64,000 bases of DNA from Lama guanicoe. Its lineage: Eukaryota. A program made the translations under genes and the position numbers. Positions 1 through 13,099 of the stretch are shown piece by piece. The notes beneath the pieces were generated by a model. The model saw only the letters and a list, made by a program, of their open reading frames with translations. It did no database searches and was not told the origin of the DNA. Position 1 is the stretch's first letter. The number at the start of each line of letters is the position of its first letter. The stretch spans positions 4,609,957 to 4,673,956 of the forward strand of contig MU053881.1 in assembly GCA_013239625.1 (NCBI GenBank), read 5' to 3'.

Positions 1-17
1 GATAATGCTCTAAATTT

Positions 18-152
18 TTTTTTGGTGGGGGGGAGGTAATTAGGTTTTATTTATTTACTTACTTACTTATTTATATGGATGTACTGGGGATGGAACCCAG
101 GACCTCATGTGCACTAAGCACACAGTCTACTACTGAGCTATATCCCCTCTCC
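18..152 (-). mobile_element. Camelid tRNA-derived SINE (Vic-1-like)
   Basis: The reverse complement reads GGGGATATAGCTCAGTAGTAGA...GAGGTCCTGGGTTCCATCCCCAGTAC (A and B boxes), followed by an A-rich tail ending CCTAATTACCTCCCCC. TSD aatgctct(a/g)aattt at 4-17 and 153-166. Confidence 0.85.
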
Positions 153-439
153 AATGCTCTGAATTTCAAAGATCTCCAAATGTTTTTTTGTTTTTAATAG
201 AAGCAGTGTTTTGTCCTCCACTTTTGTAGGGTTCATGAAACAAATCCCAGCTATTCTGATGTCTAATGGAATATGTCCCCCTAACTGAGGAGCAGGGCTA
301 AGTACTGTGATACAAATGTTCTCAGAAAGATTTATGAAAGCAATACACAGACTCCTTTCCTTCCGCTAGGAAGTAATCTAGTAGCTAATTGCCGCCTTTT
401 AATAAGCCCTTTCAATGTTGTAAGTTGCCGTGGACATCC

Positions 440-985
440 TGCCATTTCTGCCCCAGCAGTATCTCCTCCTCCATCCTCTGTTAAGAACACCCAGCTTTTC
501 CTGGGGAGCCAATCCTCCTCCACTCTCAGGCCTTGTGGTTCAGTTAGGTCAGACCCCCTGCTTTGGCTGCAGGGAGGGACAGGAGACCCAGACCCAGCCA
601 ATCAGAGATCCACACCCTCCTGGCCACATCCTAATTGGTTTGAGGATGGTCACGTGGCCCAAACTAAGCCAATGGGACTTAGTCCAACAACTTAAGTTGA
701 ATTGTTGGGAAAGACCCTGCCCCTTTCCATAGAGGCTGCTTAACCAATAGGATGCATGTCCAGAGCTACCATGGTGCTAATGGGAATGCAGCAGAACTGA
801 GAGGTAGCGAGAGACGGAGTCCTGATGTCACATCTGGACCTCCACATCCAGCTGTACCTGATGACAGGCTCTATCTATGAACTCTTTAAGATACCTGAAC
901 CAAAACTTTTCCTTTTTTTGCTTAAACCGGTTAAAGTTATATTCCTATCATTTTATCATTTTCAACCAAACTTCTAGCTAATTCA
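440..985 (+). mobile_element. Old MaLR solo LTR (MLT1K-like)
   Basis: Recalled MLT1 motifs: gtcacgtggcccaaactaagccaat, gagagacggagtcctgatg, catccagctgtacctga, and a terminal ttcctttttttgcttaaaccgg...caaccaaa. Confidence 0.6.
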
Positions 986-1772
986 TAAATAAAGGCTGCC
1001 TGGGTATTCCCTACCAAGCTTACCCTGCACACAACATGCATAATGACGGCAGTTTCAAATAGCTTGGGCCCCACCATCTACCCCTCAGGCATCTTCCAGA
1101 TGCAGCTTCTCTTTAAAAGATGCGGTGTTCACCATGCTGCCCCTCCCCTCATTCCCTCCACTCGCCACGAACTCCAGCTGTTCTCCAAGCTGTGTCCGCA
1201 GACCCTGCCCACCTCCACTCACCCCCATGGGCCTTTAAATCTGGTGCAGTGGCTGCGACACAAGATCTTTTTTTAGCGGAGCCCAAACTCCAGTTGTGGC
1301 ACATAATGTGCTTGTGGTAGCAGACAAGGGAGCACAAACCGGAGTACTGGGCAATATGAACTTACCTCGGGCTTTAGTCTAACGTTGAACTTGGCTTTGG
1401 AGATGTTAAGACGTGGTCGGGGGACAAAAAGCAGCTATGGCACCACGGAAAGAACATGAAGAAGACTTCCATCGCAGGTGACTTCAAATTCTTCCCATGT
1501 AGCTTGCTGAAACCCGGCTCCCTGAGTCCTGAGTCCTACCATGATGCCTGAGGGCTTTCTACAAAATCTCATGATCACATTTCTATGTTCTTTTTCTGGA
1601 AAGGCCACTGAAGACTCCATTACCCAGGCACATGTGGCCCTCAAATTCACAGACACAGAGAGGAAGGCTAGCCTCAGGTCCTGATTACTGTCCACCGCCT
1701 TCCAGAGAGAGAGAGAGCCAGGGTTCTACTGAAGCCCAAATGGCAATAGTAGCCCTCTGCTCTGAGGGTGCA

Positions 1773-2206
1773 TGTAATAGGTGAATAATGGCTCCCAAAG
1801 AGGTCCTCGTCCTAATGCCTAGGACCTGTGAGAGTGATCTTACACGGCAAAGGGCGCTCTGCAGCTCTGATGAAGTTAAAGATCTCGAGATGGGGAGATG
1901 AGCCCACCCCATCCCGGTGGGCTCAGTGAAATCACAAAGATCCAGATAAGAGGAGGGATGGGGTAGGCAGTGAGACGTGGAGGAGGCCAGGTGATAGCAG
2001 AGATCAGAATGATGCGCTTTGAAGACGGAGCAAGAGGCCACCAGCCAAGGAACGCAGGTGGCCTCTGGAAGGTGAAAAAGGGGAAACAAATTCTCCCCTA
2101 AGCCCTCCAAAAGGCCAGCCCTTCAAATTCTGGACTCCAGAACTGGAAGACAATAAATCTGTGCTGTTTTAAGCCACTGTGTTTGCGGTACTGAGAAACG
2201 AATTCA
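1773..2206 (+). mobile_element. MaLR solo LTR (MLT1C/D-like)
   Basis: Begins tgtaataggtgaataatggctcccaaag. Contains gagatggggagat, ccagccaaggaacgcagg and aataaatctgtgctgttttaagccact. Confidence 0.8.
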
Positions 2207-2566
2207 GGTCCCACGGGTCAAGCTCCCAGGAACAGCTCCCTGGCTCTGGTTCTCGTGGTGGGGAAGAAGCTACAAGCGCACAATAGCCTCCCCATCCCCG
2301 CTCCCGGGACACCCTGGCCCTTCTCCTCCCCTGGAGGGGACCCCTGCGCTCAGATGCAGAGCCCTGCTATCAGACAGAGCCGGCTGGGGCCTCCGAGGGG
2401 CAGGCAGCTGGACGTTCCTGCACCAATCACTGAGCCATAGCTCAATGGGCTGTAGCATCTCCCACCGACGCTCCCCTGACAGAAGCACTGCATAAACAGA
2501 GGATGGCGGGGACCTCATAGAAGACGCGCATCAAAGATGTGTTGACCGAACGGAGGAAAACCATGC

Positions 2567-2705
2567 GTGTTAGTTTCCCACGGCCACTGTAACAAATTAC
2601 TACAAGCTTAATGGTTTAAAAAAAATTCATTCCCTTATTCGGGAGGCCAAGAGTTCAAAATCAGTCTTACTGGTTAAAGTCAAGACATTGGCACGGCAGA
2701 TGCTC
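2567..2705 (-). mobile_element. MaLR (MLT1) LTR 3' fragment
   Basis: gtgttagtttccca...ctgtaacaaattactacaagctt is the reverse complement of an MLT1 3' end. Confidence 0.6.
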
Positions 2706-3329
2706 TGGGAACCACTGAGCAGAGCATCAAACACAAAAACCAGTGGGTATTACAAAAGTCAACAGAAATAATTTCAAGCTAAATCAAACCCGCCAAAGAG
2801 AGTAGTCTCTTTCCAATGGTGGGGAGGCGGGCAGTTCTCTCTGGGAGAAGTCAAGCTGGTTTCTTTGGGCTATGTCTGTCCTTTATACTAATGCTCAATT
2901 GGCAAGAATTCTAGCAATCTCCATTCAAGGTCGTGTGCTCATGTGCCCCCTCTTCCCTCCCCTGGACCCTCAATTGAGACTCAGGCTTAGCTGTGCATTC
3001 ACGGATGGGAGCCAGGTGGGCTGTGGCTTTTACCCAATCTAGAAAGCGGCAGCCAAGTGCCCAGAGCTGCCCTCCACCCCTACATTCTTGCCTTATGACC
3101 AACGGCACAGAATGCTCCCTGTCCCCACAGACCAAACAAAGGCATAGGAAAAGGGTAGCCTTAGGGCACGGCCGTTAAAATGCCAACAGACTATGCCCTC
3201 AGTAAAGATGTTCTCATGGGCAAAACTCCAACCCCAAACCTCAAGATACAACTCCTCTTTCTACCTAAATTAACATCAACACCTACAGAAAGACCCTACC
3301 TTACGGACCTACCATCACCATCACCACAG

Positions 3330-3500
3330 GGGCTACTGTTTACTGAGTACATATACATACCGCTCTGCAAGCACTGTCTCATTTAGTCCTTTCAAGTTAA
3401 GAATTATTTATATTCCCATTATACAGATGAGGGAACCGAGGATCAGAGAGGTGAAGTAGTTCGGCCAAGTTTACTTACCCAGTTCAATCCGTATGCTCTT
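3330..3500 (-). mobile_element. MIR SINE
   Basis: Core sequence cccattatacagatgagggaaccgagg...agagaggtgaagt. Confidence 0.75.
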
Positions 3501-3989
3501 TCTAGCAACTGCGGTCTTATGTTGAGTTGCTACATCCATGGATAGTGGGATGTTTCTTTGAAAATGTTCACAAATGAGGGTTTTGTTTGGTCAGTTTTGT
3601 TTTGTTCCTGCTGTTTCCTACTACTCCATGAGGACTCCCCCATTCACGCAGCAACCAAGGTGTTCTGTGTTCTTTACCCAATATGACCCCGCACAAAGAA
3701 ACTTCTCCTGTCTTGAGTTACAAAGTCTAGTCTCTTCAAGACCAGAAAGGGCCTATTTGCAAAGACAGCATAACAGACTTAAGAGAAGCTGTGATTAAGG
3801 ACAGCAAATCTTCCCACCAAATCCAAACCTTGGAGGAACCTTGGGAAGAGAAACTTGGGAAGCAAGGGCAGAAAAGAGGCAGCCCTGTCTCCTGCCCCTG
3901 GACTTGGCCCAAGATGATGGAGAGGATGGCAGAGACCCCATGCAGTTCTTCCCAAACTTCGGTCCTTTCTGTGTCAACCTTGTGTATTT

Positions 3990-4230
3990 CTGCTGTGACT
4001 TCTCACCTATAGCAGCATTTACCTCCTATTTCTCCTTAAATCAACTTTAAAATAACTCTTTCTAAGATTTATCTTCCTCCTAAGCAGTAATAGTCTTAAA
4101 ATCAGAGATTTGATGTGCTAATTTATTTTTTCTGGTACTCATGAAAATAAATACGTAGCAATTAACATTTTTTTAAAACAAATATCTGTGCATCACCTAA
4201 ATGTGTGCACCACTTGGGCAAATGCTGTGT
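3990..4230. mobile_element. Possible hAT-Charlie DNA transposon remnant
   Basis: gatttgatgtgctaatttattttttc and a terminal ccacttgggcaaatgctg resemble recalled Charlie-type ends. Confidence 0.35.
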
Positions 4231-5124
4231 TAATGTTCTCTCCCCCTGCGAACATGGGAGATCTGAGTCCTGGGGAGCTGGATATATGATAAGGGTTGCC
4301 CGGGGCAACCGTGGGCCAGGGTGGGGTCTGTGCTGAAAACATGAAGGCAAAAGCTTGTCAGGAAAAAGCAAGGAAGGAAAAGCTGGCAACCCGATTGCCA
4401 GCCATAGCACTCACCAACACACCATGCTCAGTAAGACCGCTGGTTTGTGACCTGTGGAGAAATACACATCGTCCAAATATTCCAAAGGCACATACCTGAG
4501 TTTACTGTCACGAGCACACCCTGACCTTTGAATCTCACAGATAGTGAATGACCTGAATCGTAGTTCCCTTCTGGAAAACAGTAAGACTGTGTCCCCACTG
4601 AGCTCTTTGGTTTTGCTCTGTCTCCAAACCCACATGCCCTCAGGGGCCAGGTAGACCGGGAGTGAAGTGGGCCTGGTGTCAAAATAGCCACAATGCAGGC
4701 CAGATGAGAAATGGCCACCGATGCCCAACCTCAGGACAGCGAAGGCAAGAGAGAACGGTGGGGACTGTGGAAAACGGGCGGGGAGCAGGCATCCGCTTTG
4801 CCTCAGTGCCAGCCAATGGATTCACGCCCAAACAGGGAGCCACTCTGGCCAGATATTCAGATTTTCTAAAGTAAGTGGGAAGAAGACAGGCTCTTGCTTT
4901 TTAAGTGTTGATAATCCAAATCAAAAGAACAAAACTCTCCAGCAGATACCACGTGGACCGAATCTGGCCCAGCGGCATCCAGTTGCAGCCTCTGCATTTG
5001 GATTGTGAATGCAAGGACCACAGCTTACTTCTCTCTAGAAAGAAAACTTTACACATCTGTCCTCATGGTCCCAATAGGATCTGTAGGGAGGGTCTGGTTA
5101 TCCCCGTGGTGCAGACGCAGCGAT

Positions 5125-5290
5125 GTGGCACTGCGGTTAGGAGAGCAGGCCCCGGTGCCTGGGTTCCTTGGCTGTGTCACCTTAAGCAAGTTACTTCGTC
5201 TCTCTGTGCCCCAGTTTCTTCATCTACAGAGCAAAGTTGAAGATTATGGTAGGGCATTGGAAGAGAGAGTTAAATGAGATTGCGTGTGTC
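5125..5290 (+). mobile_element. MIR SINE
   Basis: tgtgtcaccttaagcaagttactt...tctctgtgccccagtttcttcatct. Confidence 0.75.
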
Positions 5291-5599
5291 CCCCACTGAA
5301 TTCATCTGAAGCATTAAAAAAAAATTGGTTCTTGAAAAGTGACTTGCCTGAGGTCACACAGCTCTGACACAGAGATCCCAGGCTGGCTGGCTCCAAAAAA
5401 TGCTGTTTCCACCAGACCACATGTCTCCCTGTCACAGGAATGCAAATTATGTCATCTGCAAACCCCTGGCCAGTTTAACATTGTGCCCAAGTCAAACTTC
5501 CCAGAAAGTTACTCTGACACATATTTAGTGATACAGTAGTCAGTGGTTCACAGTCTGGAAACGCAGCTCAGGTGAAGGGTCTGTGCAGCCACAGGAAGA

Positions 5600-5790
5600 G
5601 CTCAGTCTGTCAACCCACACAGGCCTGGGTCCAGACCCAGGCTGCATGACCTCCCTTCTCTAAATCTCAGTATTCCCATCTGAGAAATGGGCATAATAGG
5701 TTATACTAGCTACTCCACTGACTTGCAGTGGGCTCTCAGTGAAACTACATGAACGCAAACTCTTCAGAAATTGAGAAGTACCTTACAACT
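5600..5790 (+). mobile_element. MIR SINE
   Basis: ctcagtattcccatctgagaaatgggcataatag core. Confidence 0.6.
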
Positions 5791-6206
5791 GCTGGAAAGA
5801 CAGCTGAGGTCTATACTTAGTCAACCGTCACGTGGAAACAGAGTCAGCATTTCTGGGTTGGGCTGGACAAGTCCAGGCTGCAGCAGAGGGGCCAGGAAGT
5901 GGCTCTGGGCACAACTGGACCAAGGGTTGGAGGAGGAGGGTAGAACTGGGGAGGAGTCTGCATCTATTGCCAGGATGTTGAGAGATCAAACTGGATGGGA
6001 ATCAGGGTGGGGCAACAGTTACTACTTCTCAGTAAAGAACAGAGGAGCCTAGGTCTCCAGCTTCCAAATGGGGAACAGAGAACAGTCACTTGGCCATTAT
6101 CATTTAATTAATTAATTAACTCATAATTAAGCAAGTGTGGAAATAAGGGACTAAATATAGACAGAGCACTTTTAAAAAAATTGATGTCTAAAAATAGTGC
6201 ACTTAA

Positions 6207-6751
6207 ACCTAAACACCCGTTGACAGATGAATGGATAAAGATGTGGTATATATATTCAATGGAATATTACTCAACCATGAAAACGCATGAAATAATGCCA
6301 TTTGCAACATGGATGAATCTGGAAATTATTGTATTAAGCACAGGGAGAAAGACAAATATCATATGATATCATTTATATGTGGAATCTAAAAAAATGAACA
6401 AATAAATTTATTTATAAACCAGAAATAGACTCAAAGATACAGGAAACAAACTATGGTTACCAAAGAGGAACGAGGTGTTGGGGGGAGGGATAAATTAGGA
6501 GTTTGGGATTAACAAATACATACTACTCTATGTATAAAACCGATAAACAAGGACCTACTGTCTAGCACAAGGAACTATATTCAATATCTTATAATAACCT
6601 ACAATGGAAAAGAATCTGAAAAAAATATGTATGGCTGAATTATTTTGCTGTACACCTGAAACTAACACAACATTGTAAATCAATTATATCTCAACAAAAA
6701 AAATGTTGTTTTAACAAGAAAATACCTAAAAGTGAAAAAAAATGAATAAAT
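6207..6751 (+). mobile_element. 5'-truncated L1 (ORF2 end plus 3' UTR)
   Basis: Contains gacagatgaatggataaag, gcaacatggatgaatctgga and cacaacattgtaaatcaattata plus an A-rich tail. Perfect 16 bp TSD aaaatagtgcacttaa at 6191-6206 and 6752-6767. Confidence 0.9.
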
Positions 6752-6767
6752 AAAATAGTGCACTTAA

Positions 6768-7085
6768 GATGTGTGCATTTTATTGTATGTTTAAAAAAAA
6801 AAACCTGTAAGCTAATAGTGAACTCTAGTTAACAACACACATGCTGAAGTATACTGGGGGTGTATACTGATATTGGCAACATACTCTGAAATCCACCCCA
6901 AAACTACTGATGGGTGGATACAGACAGGAAGGGCTATGTAGAGAGATACATGATAAAAACAGGTAGAGGGAAACAATAATGCACGTGGAATCTAAGTAGT
7001 TGGTATATGCTTGCTCCCTATAAAATTCTTTCAACTTTTCTGCATTGTTTAAAAAGTTTTTATAAAAAGATGTTAGAAAAAAATT
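6768..7085 (+). mobile_element. Ancient L1 (L1ME-like) 3' UTR fragments
   Basis: atgtgtgcattttattgtatg; gaatctaagtagttggtatatgc...aaaattctttcaacttttctg. Confidence 0.6.
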
Positions 7086-10059
7086 GATGCCTACAAAATA
7101 GTTTTAATGACAAGAGAAAAATAGGTGCATTATAATGTTGCAGGAAAAGCAAACTACATCACCCCAATTATATAAAGATTCCTCTACCACTGATGGGACT
7201 TAGGGCATTTTAGAAAAGACTCCCTTTGGAAAAAAGAAAATAAATAAATCTGCTGAAATACCATCACTGGAGATTCGTTCATCTGCACCTCGGAGGCTCC
7301 TGACCTTCCAGAGTCCTCGTTTATATTCAGGGAGCCCTTCAAGAAAACAGTCCTCAAATTATTATCGATAAACATCAAAGAGGGAGAGAAACTGGCCACT
7401 CGCTGAGAGTGAAACAGATCTGGGGAGCAGCGAGGTGAGAGGCCACCCCTGAACAGATGGGAGCAAATGGGGTCAGATGAGGACAAACCCCTCTCTGAAC
7501 AGGGTCCCCTCCTGGCTGCATCAGATGCCTTACAAAAATAGGGAAACTGAGGCAGAAAGATGGAAGGAGACCTGCCTCGGGTCACAGAACACTCCATAAA
7601 TGTAAAGATTAGCTTCAGCATCTTCACGTCTCTGCCACAGGGTCTGCTTTCCCCAAGGCACCTGCCCTAGAGCACAGGAAGTCAGAAGCTAGGAGCCATG
7701 TGCTCAGAGGAGGCGGGGAGGACACCGCGGGACCCGCATGCACGGGACTCCTCAAGGCCACTCACTGGGTCCCACTACTCCAGGTGGGCCAGCACCTCCC
7801 TGATTCTCTACCACTGCTCTCGAGGGAAGGCATTCTAGCCTCCAGGTGGGGAGGAAGAAAGAACAAAGCTAGGCACACTCCATCACCTTCATCCACCACC
7901 ATTCTTAGGCAAATCTTTCTGCCACCACATTCACCTGTCACCTTCCTGAAAAAGAAACCTGCAGGGGTGGTGGGGTGGCTGGAGGGTAGGGGAGTGACTA
8001 CTGTTTTCTGAGCAGGTCCACCTACTCCGTGAGGTGACCAGGGCCTCTCCACATGACCCGCTGAAGTAGCTCCGATGACAAGTCAGCTTGGAGACCTCAA
8101 CTCCTGAACATGCTAGTCGAACCGCCTCTCAACTTGGATAGTCACTCAAGCGCCAGTTTACTCGGAACATCTCTGCCCGTTAAACTGCCACCATTTTTTT
8201 TTCTTTACAAAATCTGGCTGCTCTGCCCAAAATGTTTTGACTGGGAATTTTGGAAATGCCTTGAATATATTTATGTGCAGTTCTTTGAAACAGGGGGGAT
8301 TTCAAACCACTGCTTAGCTCGGAGAGCATGTCAGATCGTCCCAAGTCATAAAGCTTGAAGGACAGTAACGCCATTCTCAGATCAGAGACACAAAGCAAGC
8401 GTGTCACTCACCTCTGACCAATGGAAGGGACCTCCTGAGACCAGCTCACAATCCAAGAAAATAAACACCATGCAGAAGAGGTGAAATACACTGCATTTGG
8501 GGACAACTAAGAGCATATCCAGGGAAAGTTCAGAACTGTCCCATTGACAAGCATTTATTGAGCAGCTACTAAGTTGGAGGTGCAACCAGAGAGCAACAGA
8601 AGATGTGTATAACCGGAGCCGTGCTGGGCGGTGGAGACCATGACCATGTGGGTGTCGGACAGCCCAGGTGCGAAGCAGACAAGAGGTCAATTTAGATTGC
8701 GATTAATAACCAAGACAAACCCATCTTGCAGCCCAGCTCACAAGCCTCCCTTCCTGGGTTCTGAGACCTCACAGTGGCTATATGACAGCTTCGCAGAATC
8801 CATTCTGCTCACCTGAGGTTATCACCTCCCTAAGAATCCTTCTGTCCTGCGCACTCCAAGACACTGAACATTTACACCCCTAACTCAGCAAACACCACTT
8901 TTGGTTCTTCCCAGGAATTCTGCTAGCTGGCCAGCTGCGTGGACCTCGTGGGGCCCTTTTAGAAAAGATGTGACACCCTGTCAGACTGGCCCACTCCTCT
9001 CCGCAGAGCAGGGAGGAGGTCTGCTTGCAGCAGGTGGTTCCGCTCAGCCCAGCCTCTCTACCATCTAAGAGGTGAGCCGAGATGCTCTGGAATCTGCGAA
9101 GGATGTATTCGGACTTCTTGGTACACAGCAGGCTCCTTGGCTTCTTGAACTTAATGAGGAGCAAGATGCTTTACTTTGATCTCTGCCCCAAGCCATGGAC
9201 AATCGAAATACTCTGGATTTGTACTTACGTAGCCCCATTTTTAGGCAAAATTGCACGGAGCGACTTAACCAGGGTTGGCGCTTCCCATGTGTAGCATCCC
9301 GCAGCTGCCCACGCCCAGCCTTGTAACTCTGTGCCTTGGCTCATCAGCCCCAAAGCAAGACATTAAAATGGCTTACTGAACGGCATCTTTAATAACATTT
9401 TTGAAAATGTTTAAGAACCATCATAAAAATCCATTGGATGGCATTTTTTTTTCCACTTTGGCAAAACTAGAGTCATAGTCTATGTTATTACAAACTCAAC
9501 CACAAGAGAAGGAAGTCGGCCAGTCACAATTTAGAAAATCACATTCCATTAGCACTGGAAGGGTCTAATAGCCGAGCAGAGGTGTGTCCATCTGTCTTTT
9601 CCCACAGACCCTGCTCCCCTACCCCCAGGCCACTATTGAGCAACCTGTCCCCTTTCCAAGCAGCCTCTGTGTACTGGAGACTGACCTGAAGTGAGTCTCC
9701 GTTTTCTCAGACCTACAGACAGAGAGGCCCTGGACTTGATATAATTTGAGAAGCCCCAAAGGAAGACCCTTGGACACTGCTCCGCCCCACTCTGCCAATT
9801 TAGAGATTCATTGCAGGGACTATTAACTCTAAAAGGTCCCTTATAAATGTAAGCTGTTCCTGGAAGGGATAATGCAGTAAAACAGATAGCCACTCACATT
9901 TTAGTATGAAGTTGTCAGATAACAGCTATCATCTGTTGAGTATCTACTCCGGGCCAGGCATTGAAGCAGGCACTTTAGACAGTCACTTAATCAGATTTTG
10001 AAGGAATTAAACGTTGTAAAATTCTGATGAGGGCAAGTCTGGATGTGTCTGATTAGCAA

Positions 10060-10880
10060 GTGGATAGAGTGGAGATGGTAAGTTTATGGACAAGGTTAAC
10101 ATCACAAAAGGAGCCCCAAGGTAGGCTTCACAGAGGTGATGTTTCGGTGTGATTTTGAAGGATGAGGAGCAGTTTAATAGGTAATCAACGTGAAGAAGGG
10201 AATTCTAGTAGAGGCAGAAACATGAGAAAAGGTACAGGTTTAGGAAACAACCTGGCGTGTGCGTATCAGTCTGCTTCGCAGCAGGAATACTCAGATGAAG
10301 AGGACTCGAGAAGGATTTAGTAAACAGACTATTGACGAAAGTGTGGGCAGGATACAGGGAAACGGCAAGAGATAGTGCAGAACTCTGGGGACTGTTCACC
10401 CCTGGACCCAAAAGGATGAAGGGAGGCAGCTGTTTCCTGGACGCAGAAAGACAAACTTATGTTGAGGGGCCACCTGGAAAGAGAAGGAACCTTCTAAGGC
10501 ACGCAGCCAGCCTGCGATGATCACACAGTGGGGAGCCGGGGAGCACCTCCCTCCACCTCTCTTTGCCCTCCCTCCTCAGAGCTCCGGTGGGGCTCCCCAT
10601 AGGCACAAACCAGTGGGAAGCCAGAGGGCGGGGCAGGGGCACCTGGGTGATGCACCCCTAGAGGTCCGACTCCCAGGGCTCAGAGCTGGGCAGAGCAGAG
10701 TGCAGGGGCAACTGGGGTGGGGACACCTAGAAAGTACCCAGTAGAATGTATGAGATGTGGCTGGAACGTGGAGTATGGCGAGGGAGCGGGGGCGGGGGGC
10801 CGACAGTGGGCCACAGAGCCCAGATGTGACTGCAAAGGAGTCTGTCCGTTAGGCTAAGAGTGAGCAGGCATCACTGACCC
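10060..10880 (-). mobile_element. L2 fragment interrupted by an LTR
   Basis: ggcttcacagaggtgatgttt...tttgaaggatgaggagcagtt lies before the LTR and gtggctggaacgtggagt lies after it. Confidence 0.5.
10262..10743 (-). mobile_element. ERVL solo LTR (LTR33-like)
   Basis: Starts gtatcagtc. tttagtaaacagactattgacgaaagtgtgggcagg...agggaaac matches the recalled LTR33 reverse strand. Confidence 0.6.
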
Positions 10881-11940
10881 GATGTGGTCACAGAGACACT
10901 GGCCACCGCCGGGCCCTGGGAACTGGCGTCCGTCGGAAGGCACCCGGCAGCCAATAACTGCTGGGCTGAGCCAGCACCTTCCCAGGCTTCCCAAGCTGCC
11001 GTCTGGGAGTGACCCCAGCCAGCGTTGTCTCCTGGAGCTCCTGCCACCGCAAACCAGAGCCTGGGAACGCAGACGGGTGGTGGCTGCCAGTGGCTACCGA
11101 GGGCGCAGCCCGTAACATCTTGTACCAGTTAAAACCAGTCTCTCTCTTTTATTTATATTCCATTCCACCTTTTTTTCCTCTCCTCACATGGAAAGAGCGC
11201 CCTGGGATCAGGAGCTCTGCACGAGCAGTTCTCCCAGAAAGACGAGAAATGCCTGTCTGCTTCCCCCAAGGGGCAGCTCCAGGCAGCCAGCCGGGAAGCC
11301 AAGTCAGTCCTGCCCCGTCAGGCCTCAGACAGAAAAGACCAGGGCCAGCCCCCTCTCGCCTGGGAAACATTAAGAGCAATCTCTAAAGTGATTCATTAAA
11401 AGTCCTCCGGGGGCAGAAGACCATCACCCAGATGTGAAAACAAACACAGAGGGAAATTCCAGTATCAGAACGGTTTCAAGTCTTTAAATAAATGCACAGC
11501 TACTTCAGGGAAGGGCAGAGTCTTCTGACTGTCTTTCCAAGCCCCCAGAATCCAAGTCAGACTCTCTCCCTCCAGCATGCCAGGCAAATGCCCACGACGC
11601 CAAACTCAGAAAACTGCAAACACTCATGCTTGACTCTCCAGGGCCCAGCCCACTTGAACTTCTCAGCGGCCCACTGGCCAAGGACAGTCACCCAAACTTA
11701 CCAAGTTCCTAGGGGTGCGGCCTTCAGCTCGGCCTTTGTGGAGCATCGGAAATTCAAGCCGAAGCATCTGGTCCAGTCTGTTCTGAAAAGAATCAATGTA
11801 GAAAACAAATGGAGAGTGAATCAGTTATCAAGCAAAACCAAGGCTGGTACACACCAGTACACCATAGTAAAATGGGAGCACATTTAGGCAAAACCACATA
11901 TTACCATGTCCAGTGTCTTCAGAGCGAATGGTACGTGGTA

Positions 11941-12071
11941 GGTTTTTTGTTGTTGTTGGGGGTGGGGGTAGGTAATTAGGTTTACATATTATTTATTTAT
12001 TCTTAGGGGCAGTACTGAGGATTGAAACCAGGACCTCAAGCATGCTAAGCATGTGCTCTACCACCCGGCAC
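11941..12071 (-). mobile_element. Camelid tRNA-derived SINE (Vic-1-like), degenerate head
   Basis: ggtaattaggttt...gtactgaggattgaaaccaggacctcaagcatgctaagcatgtgctctacca, with direct repeat atggtacgt at 11928-11936 and 12072-12080. Confidence 0.85.
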
Positions 12072-12342
12072 ATGGTACGTTTTGATAAAAACATTTGATA
12101 AACATGCTGGGAAGGAAGGAAGGAAGGGACAGAAGGAGGGAGGAAGGAGATTCTCAGCCCAGGAGAAAGTTGTCCAAGAGTCATCGAGGTACCTGCTCTA
12201 CTTGGAGGAGACCTGCAGAACCACAACTGATTCCCACTTTCCACCGGTAAAGACTAGAAAAGCGTGCGTTCCTTGAAGCCAAATTCAAATCCTTCCTATC
12301 AGAAAATATTAAACTGCTCCTATACAAATGGGATTTCTTTTT

Positions 12343-12862
12343 TTATTGTGGTAAAATACATATGACATATATCACGGTCACCATTGCTAAGTGCACAGTT
12401 CAGTGGCACTAAATAAGCACACTGTTCTGCTATCACCACCATCCATCTCCCTACATTTTCATCTTGAAAAACTAAAACGCCATACCCCTTAAACAACAAC
12501 TCCCAATTTGCCCCAACCCCAGCCCCTGGCAACCGTCATTCTACTTTGTCTCTCCAAATCTGACTACTCTAAGTAAGTGCCTTATGTAAGTGGAATCATA
12601 CAATATTTGCCTTTTTGTGTCTGGCTTATTTCATGTAGCATAATGTCCCCCACGTTGTGGCATGTGTTACAATGTCCTTCTTTTTTAAGGCCGAATAATA
12701 TTCCACTGTGTGTTGATACCACATTTTGCTCATCCAGTCCTCCACTGATGGACATTTGGGTTACTTCTACATTTTGGCTATTGAAAATAATGCTGCTATG
12801 AACACGGGTGTATAAATATATTTTGGGAGTCCCAGCCTTCAAATCTTTGGGGTATACACCAC
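12343..12862 (-). mobile_element. L1 3' end (L1MB-like)
   Basis: ttttattgtggtaaaatacata...gtggaatcatacaatatttg...ataatattccactgtg. 14 bp TSD tgggatttcttttt at 12329-12342 and 12863-12876. Confidence 0.88.
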
Positions 12863-13099
12863 TGGGATTTCTTTTTAGTGATGAGATTTTCCCTGAAAGG
12901 TGGGGGTTGATGGGGGAGAACCCAGCATTGTCTGAGACTGTCATCCAGCCGTCAGAGAATGGAGAACATAGCAATTGTGAACTTACTCATATTTCAATTA
13001 GACTAACTCCATACTGCGAGGACAGACAGTTACAAATCTGCAGGAACCTCACTCCTCTCACCGCCAGCAGCATGTTCCCAGGGAAGATGAGTGTGAAGG

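Noticed and set aside
7184..7627. 147 aa minus-strand ORF or internal exon
   Set aside because: It starts in a MIR core, has a weak donor, and encodes no recognisable peptide.
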